From positions 19,513 through 83,512 of the forward strand of contig CAIRNL010000705.1 in NCBI GenBank assembly GCA_903879975.1: a stretch of DNA of 64,000 nucleotides, in the 5' to 3' direction. Origin of the DNA: an uncultured Chloroflexota bacterium. GTDB lineage: Bacteria > Chloroflexota > Anaerolineae > Caldilineales > Caldilineaceae. Shown here one piece after another: positions 17,954 through 28,032 of this stretch. Below the pieces are notes generated by a model. The model searched no databases. It saw only the letters and a list, made by a program, of their open reading frames with translations, and had not been told where the DNA came from. Every line of letters starts with the position of its first letter. The stretch's first letter is position 1. A program made the position numbers and the translations under genes.

Positions 17954-18934
17954 ATGCTGAAAAGTAGTACGTCGGTGGAATCAAAATCGGGGGTAGAGGC
18001 CGAGTTGACGCGCGATCAGGCTCTGGTTCGCCTGGCCATCAGCGACTACGTCATGCTGACGAAGCCGCGCATCATTTTGTTGCTGCTCGTCATCACCTTT
18101 GTTCCCATGTTCCTGGCCGCGCCGGCTGCGCCTGGTGGTTGGCTCATCCTGTGGACGATGGTGGGTGGCTTCCTGGCGGCCGGCGGTGCCAATGCGCTCA
18201 ACCAGTATGTGGATCGTGACATCGACCACGTGATGGTGCGCACACGGCGGCGGCCGTTGCCGGATGGTCGTATGTCGCCGATGCAGGTGTTGATCTTTGG
18301 CATTGCGCTGGCGTCACTCAGCTTTGCGCTCCTCTGGTGGCAGGTCAACCTGCTCGCTGCGTCGATTGCCCTTTTTGGCTTGCTCTTCTATGTATTCGTC
18401 TACACAGTGCTGCTCAAGCGCTCCAGCACTCAGAATATTGTTGTCGGAGGGCTGGCCGGTGCAGTGCCGCCGCTGGTTGGGTGGGCAGCGGCAGCCAACG
18501 AAATTTCGTTGTTACCGATCATCATGGTGCTTATCGTCTTTTACTGGACGCCACCCCATTTCTGGGCGCTGGCCTTGATGCGCCAGAAAGAGTATCGGGC
18601 CGCTGGCGTGCCCATGCTTCCGGTCGTGGCGGGTGAGCGCGAAACGCACCGGCAGATCGTCATCTACAGCTTCCTGCTGCTTTTGATCAGCGTGTTGCCT
18701 GTCTTTTTGCGTCACTTGGGGCCAGTCTATCTGGTGCTGGCGCTAGCGCTGAACGGCGTATTTCTCTGGCAGGCGGTCGACATCTGGCGCAAGCCGACCA
18801 ATGCCAACATCTGGCGGCTCTACAAGTTCAGCCTGCTCTTCCTGGCTTTGCTCTTCCTGGCCATGGGAATTGATCACCTCTTTTACTCCGTTCCCGCCGA
18901 TGTGATCGACTTTTCCCTATACCTGCCGTTTTGA
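17954..18934 (+). CDS. ctaB: Protoheme IX farnesyltransferase (heme o synthase)
   Basis: LTKPRI, N..DRDID..M.RT..RPLP.G, YT..LKR, FYWTPPHFWAL and Y..AGVPMLPV. Confidence 0.96.
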   Translation: MLKSSTSVESKSGVEAELTRDQALVRLAISDYVMLTKPRIILLLLVITFVPMFLAAPAAPGGWLILWTMVGGFLAAGGANALNQYVDRDIDHVMVRTRRRPLPDGRMSPMQVLIFGIALASLSFALLWWQVNLLAASIALFGLLFYVFVYTVLLKRSSTQNIVVGGLAGAVPPLVGWAAAANEISLLPIIMVLIVFYWTPPHFWALALMRQKEYRAAGVPMLPVVAGERETHRQIVIYSFLLLLISVLPVFLRHLGPVYLVLALALNGVFLWQAVDIWRKPTNANIWRLYKFSLLFLALLFLAMGIDHLFYSVPADVIDFSLYLPF

Positions 18935-19016
18935 ATGGCAAAATGACGAGGGGGAAGAGGGCAACGCGCCGCTGACAATGGTTCCTGCACCGCCCGCCAC
19001 CCCCTCTCATCTCCTC

Positions 19017-19373
19017 TCACCGATTCACCCATTCTGGCTCAGGACGAATGTTCGGTTCGGGGCGCGAGCCTGGGTCTGGACGTCCGCTACCTTCGAGCCG
19101 GCTGATGGCTCGCACGGTCATGTCGCGATCGCAGAGAATCTGGCACGACAGACGCACGCCCGCCAAGCCTCGCTCGGCAAGTTTGGCCTGCTCGGCGGCA
19201 GTCATGATGTCCGGCTCGCCGGAGACGAACTCGACGCGGCACGTCGTGCAGCGGCTGTTGCCCCCGCACGCGTGTAACTGATCCACCCCCGCCTCGTCGA
19301 TCAAGGCCAGCACGAGGCGCTTGCCCTGCGCAACCGCGAAGGACCCGTAGTTTTCCACTGTCAATGTCGGCAT
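19017..19373 (-). CDS. 2Fe-2S ferredoxin
   Basis: HACGGNSRCTTCRV...RLSCQI; AAGGGG RBS upstream of ATG 19373. Confidence 0.9.
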   Translation of the reverse strand: MPTLTVENYGSFAVAQGKRLVLALIDEAGVDQLHACGGNSRCTTCRVEFVSGEPDIMTAAEQAKLAERGLAGVRLSCQILCDRDMTVRAISRLEGSGRPDPGSRPEPNIRPEPEWVNR

Positions 19374-19530
19374 GACTATTCCCCTTATTCGTTGGACGGA
19401 TTGATTCATATCGTGGCGGACAGACGCCATTCCAATCATTCATGCTTTGTCCCCGATTGGTTGTATGATGGAACACATTTGGCGTCGAATGTGTCAATCA
19501 ACGCCAGGCCAACTGCGAGGGGGAAAGAGG

Positions 19531-20877
19531 GTGCACACAGTCGAACGCCATGCGCCGCGCGGCATGACGGCATTTGTGATAATTTGGATTGGCCAGTTTC
19601 TCTCGTTGCTTGGCACGTCGATGTCACGCTTTGCGCTGACGATCTGGGCGTTTCAGGTGACCGGCGAGGCGACTGCGTTGGCGCTGGTTGGCTTTTTTTC
19701 CTTCGCACCCGTGATTCTCTTCAGCCCGATTGCCGGCGCCTTGGTTGACCGCTGGAATCGCAAGGTTGTCATGATTCTGAGCGACCTGGCTGCCGGAATC
19801 TCGACCGGCGCCATTTTGCTTCTCTACGCCACGGGCCGTCTGGAGATCTGGCATCTCTACGTTGCCGGCGCGTTTGCCGGCGTGTTTGAGTCGTTTCAGT
19901 TCCCTGCCTTTTCGGCCGCGATGAGTCTGCTCGTGCCCAAAGACCAGTATGGCCGGGCGAACGGGCTGGTCTCGCTGGCCGACTCCGCGACGACGATCAT
20001 CGCGCCTGTCCTGGCTGGTATCCTGCTGGGCGTTGTCGGGATCGGCGGCATCATGATTGCCGATCTCGTCACCTTTGTTATCGCTGTGCTGGCCGTTTTG
20101 TGGGTCGCTGTGCCGCAGCCCGTACGCAGTGCTGAAGGGCTGGCCGGCGTCGGGTCGCTGTGGAGTGAGTCACTCTATGGCTTCCGCTACATTGGACGGC
20201 GCAAGAGCCTGCTCGGCGTACAACTGACCTTTACGATCAGTAACTTCTTTGATTCCATCGGCATGATCCTGATTGCACCCATGATCCTGGCGCGTACCGG
20301 CAATAATGAACTGGCCCTGGGCACAGTGCAGTCGGCTTTTGGTGTGGGCGGGCTGGTGGGTGGGTTGCTCATGACGGTGTGGGGCGGGCCGCGCGCTCGC
20401 GTGCATGGCGTCTTGCTTGGCTTTATCGGCAGCAGTTTGTTGGGATTGATCCCAATTGGGCTGGGACAGACACTGCTCGTCTGGTCGGTCGCAGCGTTTG
20501 GGTGGATGTTCTTCATGCCGATTATCAATGCTTCCAACCAGGCGCTCTGGCAGGCGAAGGTGGCGCCTGACGTGCAGGGACGCGTCTTCGCAGCACGTCG
20601 GCTCATCGCGCAGATCAGCGGGCCGCTGGGCATGTTGCTTGCCGGCCCGCTGGCGGATCGCGTGCTCGAGCCGGCCATGCAGGGCGACACATGGCTTAAC
20701 GCCACGTTTGGGCCGATCTTCGGCGTCAGCCCTGGATCGGGCACTGCCTTGCTCATCGTGATGGTGGGGGGACTCGGTATCATGGCCGGCGTCATCGGCT
20801 ATGCGCTGCCCGTCGTGCGTACGGTCGACACGTGCCTGCCGGATCATGATGCAACTCCGTCGCCGCTACAGGGATGA
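19531..20877 (+). CDS. MFS transporter (DHA3/macrolide-efflux-like)
   Basis: IWIGQFLSLLG, motif A GALVDRWNRK, QGRVFA; about 12 TM segments. Start uncertain. Confidence 0.9.
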   Translation: MHTVERHAPRGMTAFVIIWIGQFLSLLGTSMSRFALTIWAFQVTGEATALALVGFFSFAPVILFSPIAGALVDRWNRKVVMILSDLAAGISTGAILLLYATGRLEIWHLYVAGAFAGVFESFQFPAFSAAMSLLVPKDQYGRANGLVSLADSATTIIAPVLAGILLGVVGIGGIMIADLVTFVIAVLAVLWVAVPQPVRSAEGLAGVGSLWSESLYGFRYIGRRKSLLGVQLTFTISNFFDSIGMILIAPMILARTGNNELALGTVQSAFGVGGLVGGLLMTVWGGPRARVHGVLLGFIGSSLLGLIPIGLGQTLLVWSVAAFGWMFFMPIINASNQALWQAKVAPDVQGRVFAARRLIAQISGPLGMLLAGPLADRVLEPAMQGDTWLNATFGPIFGVSPGSGTALLIVMVGGLGIMAGVIGYALPVVRTVDTCLPDHDATPSPLQG

Positions 20878-21091
20878 TCTTTGATGCGAAGCCAGAAGAG
20901 CAGCATACTGCCTGCGCTTCTCCGCCATGACGTCCAGCGAAGTCATAGCGCAACTGGTCGCTGACTTTGTGATCGCGGTGGGTAGCAGGTATCCTGTACT
21001 GTTATGCGCGGCGTCCGGCGGTTGGTGTTCCATCTCGCCACGTTGCTGAATGTTTGAAACGATAAAAAACTCTCAAGAGGATTCAAGGAAA

Positions 21092-22063
21092 ATGGAAACC
21101 AATTCGCCTCTGCCGGAATTTGCCAAGCCACGCAGCAAGATAAGCGATTACCTGAATGTCTATGTCGCTGGTTTCACAATGGGAAGTGCCGACGTGGTGC
21201 CGGGTGTGTCCGGAGGGACGGTCGCATTCGTAGTGGGTATCTACGAAGAACTCATCAGCAGCGTTCGTATGATCGGACAGCCGGTTGTGTGGCGCGCGCT
21301 TCTACGCTTGCAATGGCGCGAGGCGTTCCGCTTGATCAACTTCTTTTTCTTGATGTCGCTAGGCCTGGGTATGTTGAGCGCCATCTTTCTGCTGGCACCT
21401 GCGATTGAGTGGATGCTGAATCATCAGCCGGTCATGATTTGGAGCTTCTTTTTGGGGCTGGTTGCCGCTTCGATCATCGTTGTGGCGCCGCGCGTGAAGA
21501 TCTGGTCGATCAGCCGATGGGTGGCTCTTGCACTTGGCACTATTTTTGGCTTCTGGCTGGTGGGGTTGGTGCCGGTACAAACGCCTGATGCCTGGTGGTT
21601 CTACATTTTCAGCGGGGCAATTGCAATCTGCGCCATGATTTTGCCCGGTATTTCTGGCTCCTTTGTCCTGGTGTTGCTGGGTAAATACCAGGATGTCATC
21701 AGCGCCGTCAACGAGCGGGATTTTGTGACACTGGCTCTGGTCGCATTGGGTGCCCTGGTTGGCCTTGTCTCCTTTGCCCAGGTTCTATCGTGGCTCTTCC
21801 GCCGCTATCACGATCTGACAGTTGCCGCACTCACAGGACTGATGCTCGGCAGCCTGCGAAAGGTCTGGCCGTGGAAAGAGGTGGTGGAGACGATGGTCGA
21901 TCGCCATGGCGACGTGGTGCCGTTGGTCGAACGGAATCTGTTGCCGCCGGTCAGCGTCGGTGGCGCACTGAACATGGAAATTGTTGTTGCTTTGACGGCA
22001 GCGCTGCTGGGTGTGGCCCTGGTCATCGTCGTCGAGCGTATTGCGATGGCGCGCAGCAAGTAG
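21092..22063 (+). CDS. DUF368 family membrane protein (undecaprenyl-phosphate translocase-like)
   Basis: MG.ADVVPGVSGGT.A...GIY and AMILPGISGSF.L.LLG.Y repeats. Confidence 0.9.
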   Translation: METNSPLPEFAKPRSKISDYLNVYVAGFTMGSADVVPGVSGGTVAFVVGIYEELISSVRMIGQPVVWRALLRLQWREAFRLINFFFLMSLGLGMLSAIFLLAPAIEWMLNHQPVMIWSFFLGLVAASIIVVAPRVKIWSISRWVALALGTIFGFWLVGLVPVQTPDAWWFYIFSGAIAICAMILPGISGSFVLVLLGKYQDVISAVNERDFVTLALVALGALVGLVSFAQVLSWLFRRYHDLTVAALTGLMLGSLRKVWPWKEVVETMVDRHGDVVPLVERNLLPPVSVGGALNMEIVVALTAALLGVALVIVVERIAMARSK

Positions 22064-22117
22064 CTCTGTACGCCTCATACCGTCCCGCCGATTCCCGCCT
22101 TGCGGCCGGTGACCGAG

Positions 22118-23482
22118 TCAGGCTGTCGCCGGTTCTACCCAGACCAGGACCAGGTCGTTGACGTTTGTCCGTGTCGGGCCACAGCGCAGCAAGTCTCCTG
22201 TTGTCTGTAGAAACGGGTAGGCGTCGTGGCGCTGCAGCCGGGTGCCGGCGTCGAGACCAGCCTGCCTGCCCAGCGCCACGGTCTCCCCATCCACCAACCC
22301 GCCTGCACTGTCGGTAGGGCCGTCGTTGCCGTCGGTCGCCAACGCGGCAATCGTGATCTGTGGGCGGCCGGCAACGCCGATTGCGGCTGCCAACGCCAAT
22401 TCCTGGTTGCGGCCGCCCTTGCCCGATGCATTGCCCAGCCTCACCGTCGTCTCGCCGCCGAGGATGAGACATGCCGGTGCGGCGACCGGCTGCCCGCTCG
22501 CTACGATCTCCCTTGCCAGCGCCACGGCCAGCCCTGCAACTGTACTTGCCTCGCCCTCCAGGTAGGTGGTCAGCAGCAACGTGTGGTAGCCGAACTCCTG
22601 CGCTCGCTGGCATGCGGCCAGCGCAGCCACGCGATTGTCTCCGACGATCTGTGTGACGACACGCTCGAAGATCGGATCGCCGGGCTTGGGTGTGTCGGCT
22701 AATTCGCCGCGCACACCTGCCTGCAGCCTCGTCGTCACTGCGTTGGGCAGCACTTCGGTGAGCGCATACTTCTCGACGACGGCCCAGGCATCCGTCCATG
22801 TGCTTGTATCCGCCACCGTGGGGCCGCTGGCGATGACATCGAGCGGGCTGCCGACGACGTCGCTCAATACCAGCGTGACCAGTGTGGCTGGGCTGGCAAC
22901 ACGAGCAAGCTGGCCGCCTTTGACGTAGCTCATGTGCTTGCGGAGGCAGTTCATCTCATGGATCGTGGCGCCGCAGGCCAGCAGCGTGTCGGTCATACCC
23001 TGGAGATCGGGGAGTGTGATGCCGGCCGGCGCCTCGAGCAGGGCCGAGCCGCCACCGGAGATGAGCGCCAGCACCAGGTCATCCTTGCCGGCGCTTGCGA
23101 CCAGATCCAGGACGCGTGCTCCGGCGGCAATACCGGCCTTGTCTGGGATTGGGTGGCCTGCCTCAATAATCTCGATGCGCTCGGTAGGCGAGCGATGGCC
23201 GTGCTTGACGACCACGAGTCCAGCCGTGAGCAGCGTGCCAAGGACATCCTCTACGGCACGCGCCATGGGCGCCCCCCCTTTGCCCGCACCGACGACGAGA
23301 ATGCGCCGGAATTGCGCCAGCGTCAATCGTTCGCGGCCTGCCCAGAGCACGCCGTTTTCAACGTGCAGATGATCGCGTACGGCTTGGTAGGGGTCGACCG
23401 CCTGCAGGGCTGCTTGCAGGATGTCGAGATAGCGGCGCCGGGCTACACGATTGCGGGAAAGGATGCTGGAATCAAATGTCAT
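22118..23482 (-). CDS. Glycerate kinase (MOFRL/DUF4147 family)
   Basis: VGAGKG, HPIPD, ISGGGSAL, VKGG.LA, SDV.G...IASGPT, GGETTV, GGRNQEL, TDG.DG and GPTRTNVND. Confidence 0.93.
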   Translation of the reverse strand: MTFDSSILSRNRVARRRYLDILQAALQAVDPYQAVRDHLHVENGVLWAGRERLTLAQFRRILVVGAGKGGAPMARAVEDVLGTLLTAGLVVVKHGHRSPTERIEIIEAGHPIPDKAGIAAGARVLDLVASAGKDDLVLALISGGGSALLEAPAGITLPDLQGMTDTLLACGATIHEMNCLRKHMSYVKGGQLARVASPATLVTLVLSDVVGSPLDVIASGPTVADTSTWTDAWAVVEKYALTEVLPNAVTTRLQAGVRGELADTPKPGDPIFERVVTQIVGDNRVAALAACQRAQEFGYHTLLLTTYLEGEASTVAGLAVALAREIVASGQPVAAPACLILGGETTVRLGNASGKGGRNQELALAAAIGVAGRPQITIAALATDGNDGPTDSAGGLVDGETVALGRQAGLDAGTRLQRHDAYPFLQTTGDLLRCGPTRTNVNDLVLVWVEPATA

Positions 23483-23702
23483 GTGATGCGTAAGCTCGCT
23501 TTGCTGCAAGGTTGGCACGGGCAGCGTTGTTTCGTGATGCGACACCGCGCCGTCCTTGAATGACTCGCAGGAGCCGCGTCCACTCGCTGGGAGTGCTACC
23601 GATAGCAAGGCTCCGCCTGGCCGGCTCAGTGAACGCTCTGTCGCCGCACAGGTCTGTTCTCGGTGCCCCCGCTGGAGCGACGGGAAGAGGCGCTTGAGAA
23701 CG

Positions 23703-23740
23703 AAAAAAGCTGCCCGCCCCTGGGGAAGAGCGAGCAGCTT
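23703..23740 (-). terminator. Rho-independent terminator after the aldolase-like gene
   Basis: Minus strand AAGCTGCTCGCTCT...GGGGCGGGCAGCTT followed by a T run. Confidence 0.7.
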
Positions 23741-23756
23741 GTGAATCGCGGGCGGG

Positions 23757-25169
23757 TCAGTCGGCCAGACCCAAGTCGTCGCCAGCTGCGCGGACACTGG
23801 CCGGCTTCGGCTGGTGATACTCGACGACGGTCACCAGGCGGTCGATCAGCTCGCGTGTGTCGGTCACGTTGAGTTTCTGATAGAAGAAGGCAAACTGATC
23901 CTCCAGAGCCTGATAGAGCACATCCTTTGCCTCGCCGGAGAGGCCCCACAGTTCCGGCTTGAACGGTCCCATGGCCTTCTTGCGCGACTTGTAATAGAAC
24001 TGTGCGTCGGTCATGCTCGGCTTGCGCTCATCGGCGGCCGCTACATCCAGGAACTTGTGCAGTTTCTCGGTCAGGCTGGCCGGGAAAGCTGCATGATCCA
24101 GGAAGAGGTTCATGAAGCCGGTGGCCAGATGGATCTCCAGCGTCTCAACTTCCGGGAACTTGTTGAAGAAGTCGTCGGGCAGGGTGCTGGCGCCATGCTG
24201 CACCGCACCACCGGCGCCATACTCACGGGCTCGCTCGCCCAGCACGGCCAGCGTGTCGAAGTCCACTGCAACCTTGGCGATGCTGCCATCCGGCAGGACG
24301 ACGCCACCATGGCTGGTACCGGTCTGCACGCTGACCTTGCTCAAGCCGGCGTAGTCGCCCAACTTCCGAAGCGCGCGCGCGTAGCCTTGCATATAGGCAT
24401 CTAATTCTTCGGGCGTGGAATTCTTTTCGCCCACCTCGCCGATCTCACCGCCCAGGCTGATGGTGACGCCCTTGGGTTCCAGTTCGCGGATGTACTGCGT
24501 AATCTCAGCCGATCGGGAGTAGTTGTGATACTGCTGCTCATCGAGTGTCGATGGCTCCAGCGTCACGAGGGTGCTGGTGTCGATATCGATGTTCCAGAAA
24601 CCGGCTGGGATCGCTTCTTTGATGAGGTCCTTGACTTCCTTGATCGCGCCTTCTGGGTCGGTTTTGTACTTGGCGGCTTTGACCTGGAAGTGATCGCCCT
24701 GGATAAAGAGCGGGTGGAAGTAGCCTTCTTTAATGGCGGCCGCAATGATCATGGCGCTGTACTCAGCCGGCGGCAGTTCACAGTAGCTCATTTCACTGCG
24801 CGCAATCTCGAAGATGAGTGCACCAGCGTTGGTCTTCTTGGCCGCACGCAGAGCCGCACGCGCCGTGTCATACGCTGTGAAGCGGATGTTCATGGCCGGC
24901 ACGGTGCGATTCTGCCATTCGCCGCGCGCACATGCGATGTAGAACTCGTGGATGCTGGCTGGCCGCGCGCCGAGCTGCTGGCCAATTTCCCAGATCATCC
25001 AACGAGCGTAGGCCTTGACTGGCTCCGTGCCAAAGGTGGCGGAGCGGGCCAGCAGGTCAATGCCGTGTGCCTGGAGTGCGGCAAGGTCGACCACCTCCAC
25101 GCGATCTCCCTTGACAACGACGGAGCCTTTTAAATCCTGGCGCAGTTCGTACGTCGATTCATAGATCAT
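23757..25169 (-). CDS. Class II (metal-dependent) fructose-bisphosphate aldolase-like protein, long form
   Basis: [30 protein letters not shown] and VQHGAS; downstream of pfk. Confidence 0.8.
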   Translation of the reverse strand: MIYESTYELRQDLKGSVVVKGDRVEVVDLAALQAHGIDLLARSATFGTEPVKAYARWMIWEIGQQLGARPASIHEFYIACARGEWQNRTVPAMNIRFTAYDTARAALRAAKKTNAGALIFEIARSEMSYCELPPAEYSAMIIAAAIKEGYFHPLFIQGDHFQVKAAKYKTDPEGAIKEVKDLIKEAIPAGFWNIDIDTSTLVTLEPSTLDEQQYHNYSRSAEITQYIRELEPKGVTISLGGEIGEVGEKNSTPEELDAYMQGYARALRKLGDYAGLSKVSVQTGTSHGGVVLPDGSIAKVAVDFDTLAVLGERAREYGAGGAVQHGASTLPDDFFNKFPEVETLEIHLATGFMNLFLDHAAFPASLTEKLHKFLDVAAADERKPSMTDAQFYYKSRKKAMGPFKPELWGLSGEAKDVLYQALEDQFAFFYQKLNVTDTRELIDRLVTVVEYHQPKPASVRAAGDDLGLAD

Positions 25170-25346
25170 TTTGAATATCCTTTCCTGCTATCAGGAACGA
25201 TGATCAACCAGGGGGACAACCACAGGGTTCTTCGGAACCGCAACGTTTCGGCGCAGAGATGTTGCGCCAATCTTGAAGCGTCTTTTTGGGTATCCTTGCC
25301 ACTTTGCGTGAAAAGGTCGACGATCTCCTGTGGTCCCCCCCATTTT

Positions 25347-26507
25347 TTAGTAGAGGAACATCGGCTTGCCCAGAACGTGGCGCACCTTGGGACGATACTC
25401 GGTAACATCGTAGAGCTCGCTCACGTCCACACGCTTGATACCGCTGGTGACTGTGCTCATCGGGATGTGGGTATAGGTGCCGTCACGCAGCGCCACCATG
25501 CGCCCACTGACGCCGCTCGTGAGCAGCGAGACCGCCAGATTGGCGTAGTTGACGCCCACCATCAGGTCCAAGGCATCGGGCGCACCCGAGCGCATCAGGT
25601 AGGAGACCTGTTGGTAGATGATATCCTCACCGGTCAGCTTCTTGAGCGCCTCGCCTGTGAGCTGACCGATGCCCCCCAACTTCTTGTGGCCATAGGCGTC
25701 GGCTTCGCCGTATTCGACGACCTGGCCACCCAGAAAGTGCGCACCTTCACTGATGGTGACCATTGCGTAGTTGCTTGGGTTGTTTTTCTTGTCCTTCATC
25801 ACGAGCCTGGCAAGTTTCTCCACATCGAACGGGACTTCGGAGATGATCGAGCGATCGACGCTCGCCAGGTACGAACTGATGAGGCTCGTTTCACCGCTGT
25901 TGCGGCCGAAGAGCTCGATGACGGCGATCCGCTCGTGCGAGCCGGTGCTCGTGCGCAACTGGTGGATGAACTGCACGGAACGCGTGACAGCCGTGCCAAA
26001 GCCGATGCAGTAGTCGGTCCCATAGACGTCGTTGTCCATCGTCTTGGGGATGGCGACGACTGGGAACCCTTCGCTGTGCAGGCGCTCGCCAAAACTCAGC
26101 GTATCGTCCCCGCCGATCGGAATCAGGCGATCGATGCCCAGGAATTCCAGGTTGCGCAGCACGTGCGGGGTGAAGTCCAGTGTGCCCTTCTCACCCGGAT
26201 CGGGATGCTCTGGATCGCGCAGGAAACTTGGAACATCCTTTGGCTTCACCTTGGCCGGATTGGTGCGGCTGGTGTGCAGGAAGGTGCCGCCCGTGCGGTC
26301 GATCGTGCGCACCTTGTTTTTGTCCAGCCTGTTGAAGCAATCGTCATAGGTTGCCGGATCGGCTGGGTTCAGATGGAGCAGGCCACCCCAACCACGGCGA
26401 ATCCCCACAACCTCATGGCCCTCGTCGACCGCACGGTCGACAGCGGCTTTGATACACGGGTTCAAGCCCGGCACGTCACCACCACCTGTCAAAATACCGA
26501 TTCTCAT
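25347..26507 (-). CDS. pfkA: Phosphofructokinase (PfkA family, probably PPi-dependent)
   Basis: [36 protein letters not shown] and SYLMRSG. Confidence 0.9.
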   Translation of the reverse strand: MRIGILTGGGDVPGLNPCIKAAVDRAVDEGHEVVGIRRGWGGLLHLNPADPATYDDCFNRLDKNKVRTIDRTGGTFLHTSRTNPAKVKPKDVPSFLRDPEHPDPGEKGTLDFTPHVLRNLEFLGIDRLIPIGGDDTLSFGERLHSEGFPVVAIPKTMDNDVYGTDYCIGFGTAVTRSVQFIHQLRTSTGSHERIAVIELFGRNSGETSLISSYLASVDRSIISEVPFDVEKLARLVMKDKKNNPSNYAMVTISEGAHFLGGQVVEYGEADAYGHKKLGGIGQLTGEALKKLTGEDIIYQQVSYLMRSGAPDALDLMVGVNYANLAVSLLTSGVSGRMVALRDGTYTHIPMSTVTSGIKRVDVSELYDVTEYRPKVRHVLGKPMFLY

Positions 26508-26905
26508 GCCTTACCCCTCTGAGTTAAAACGTTTTGTGTAAAAGACGTACGCACGAAACGCCTGTCCTCTTTGACATGTCACCAGACACACCGATCCGGC
26601 CAGATGCCGCATCGTGGCGGCAGCGCCGACCCGGGAGGGAATCTGTGGGGCTTCGGTAACGTACAATCGTGCAAAGATTATCGGGCAGGCTGGCGCCGTT
26701 CACCTCATCTGTCAGCTCACCCCAGCCCTGCCATCCTTGATTATAACATTTTGCCACTGAGATGCCACTGCCGCATGGCACGCCTGCCGTGCACTTCCAT
26801 CGATAGCGCTGCAAACAGCGTGTGCAACTGTTTCCAGTATAACACGGCTACAAAATTCGCGGTAGTGTCATGATAACACTAGTTGGGGTGTCGATCATCA
26901 TCCTG

Positions 26906-26952
26906 CAGCTAGTTGAACCAGGTTTCTGCCAGAAACCTGGTTCAACTAGCTG
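26906..26952. repeat. Perfect 22-bp inverted repeat with a 3-nt loop
   Basis: CAGCTAGTTGAACCAGGTTTCT-GCC-AGAAACCTGGTTCAACTAGCTG. Confidence 0.95.
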
Positions 26953-27069
26953 ACTAAAATTTACATAAAAAAATCTTTTGACGGGGACGGCATGTTCGGC
27001 TACACTAGGGTACAGTGGGGGGAAAGCAGACTCAAACCGTTGGTTTGCGTGAGGAAAGGGATTGGCTAC

Positions 27070-28026
27070 ATGGCAAGACGAAGAAGTGCAGTGCGCATCG
27101 GCGTGACGGGCCTCGGACAGCGGGAGGAACTGGCGCCCGGTGTCTTTATCAATACGCACTACCGCGGCTGCACACCTGGGTTTATCTACACGGGAGAGGG
27201 TGTGATTCTGGTCGACGCTCCGCTGATCCCGGCGCAGGCAATCGACTGGCGTGCACAGGTTGAAAGCGAGTTCCCCCGCTCGCCTTTTCTCTATTTGATC
27301 AACACAGATCATCACCGCGGCCATGCACTCGGCAATCAATACTTCATGCCGGTCAAGGTGATCGCCCACGAACGGGCGCACAAGGAGATGTCTGGCTACA
27401 CCGAAAATTTCAAGGAACGCGTGCGCAATAGCTTCAAACGCGAGCCGGAGATTCAGGCGCAACTCAACAATATTGTGATCATTCCCCCGCACCTGACTTT
27501 TACGCAGCGCGCTGAGTTGCTCTACGGTGGGCGCACGATCGAATTGATCTATGTGGGAGGCCATACGCCGGCGACCAGCATCGTGTGGCTGCCCGCAGAG
27601 AAGATCTGCTTCGTGGGGGACATCGTGTGGGTGGATCAGCACCCGTACATGGCACAAGGCAATACGCAGGAGTGGCTGCGCGCGCTGGAGTTGATCCGCT
27701 CCATCGGCGCCAACTATCTGATCCCGGGTCACGGCCCAGTGGTTGGGCCGGAGTCCACCTATCGTGTCGGCGAGTATATTGAGTTCATGCGCCGGCGCGT
27801 GCGTGAATATTATCTGGCTGGCAAGAACAAGAACGAGACGAAGAGCGGCCTTGTCAGCGAAATGTTGGACTGGTTCCCCGTGCCGCCCGAGCGCAAGGCC
27901 AAGATCGAGAGCCAGATCAAGTCGGGGATCAATCGCGTCTTCCGCGAAATCCAGCGTGAAGAAGAGGATGCCTCCGGTAAGGCGCCGTCGTTGCTCGATG
28001 AGGATGGCGAGGAAGAGGACGACTAG
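27070..28026 (+). CDS. Metallo-beta-lactamase-fold protein (cyclase-like), degenerate metal motif
   Basis: G.ILVD, INTDHHRGH.LGN, GGHT, F.GD and IPGHG; acidic tail. Confidence 0.85.
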   Translation: MARRRSAVRIGVTGLGQREELAPGVFINTHYRGCTPGFIYTGEGVILVDAPLIPAQAIDWRAQVESEFPRSPFLYLINTDHHRGHALGNQYFMPVKVIAHERAHKEMSGYTENFKERVRNSFKREPEIQAQLNNIVIIPPHLTFTQRAELLYGGRTIELIYVGGHTPATSIVWLPAEKICFVGDIVWVDQHPYMAQGNTQEWLRALELIRSIGANYLIPGHGPVVGPESTYRVGEYIEFMRRRVREYYLAGKNKNETKSGLVSEMLDWFPVPPERKAKIESQIKSGINRVFREIQREEEDASGKAPSLLDEDGEEEDD

Positions 28027-28032
28027 AATTCG

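Noticed and set aside
23483-23797. N-terminal extensions in the ORF track (glycerate kinase to 23797, recJ to 46468, dinG to 53308, GDPD from 59452, carboxypeptidase from 57125)
   Set aside because: They overlap neighbouring genes or terminators and lack family motifs; downstream starts fit better
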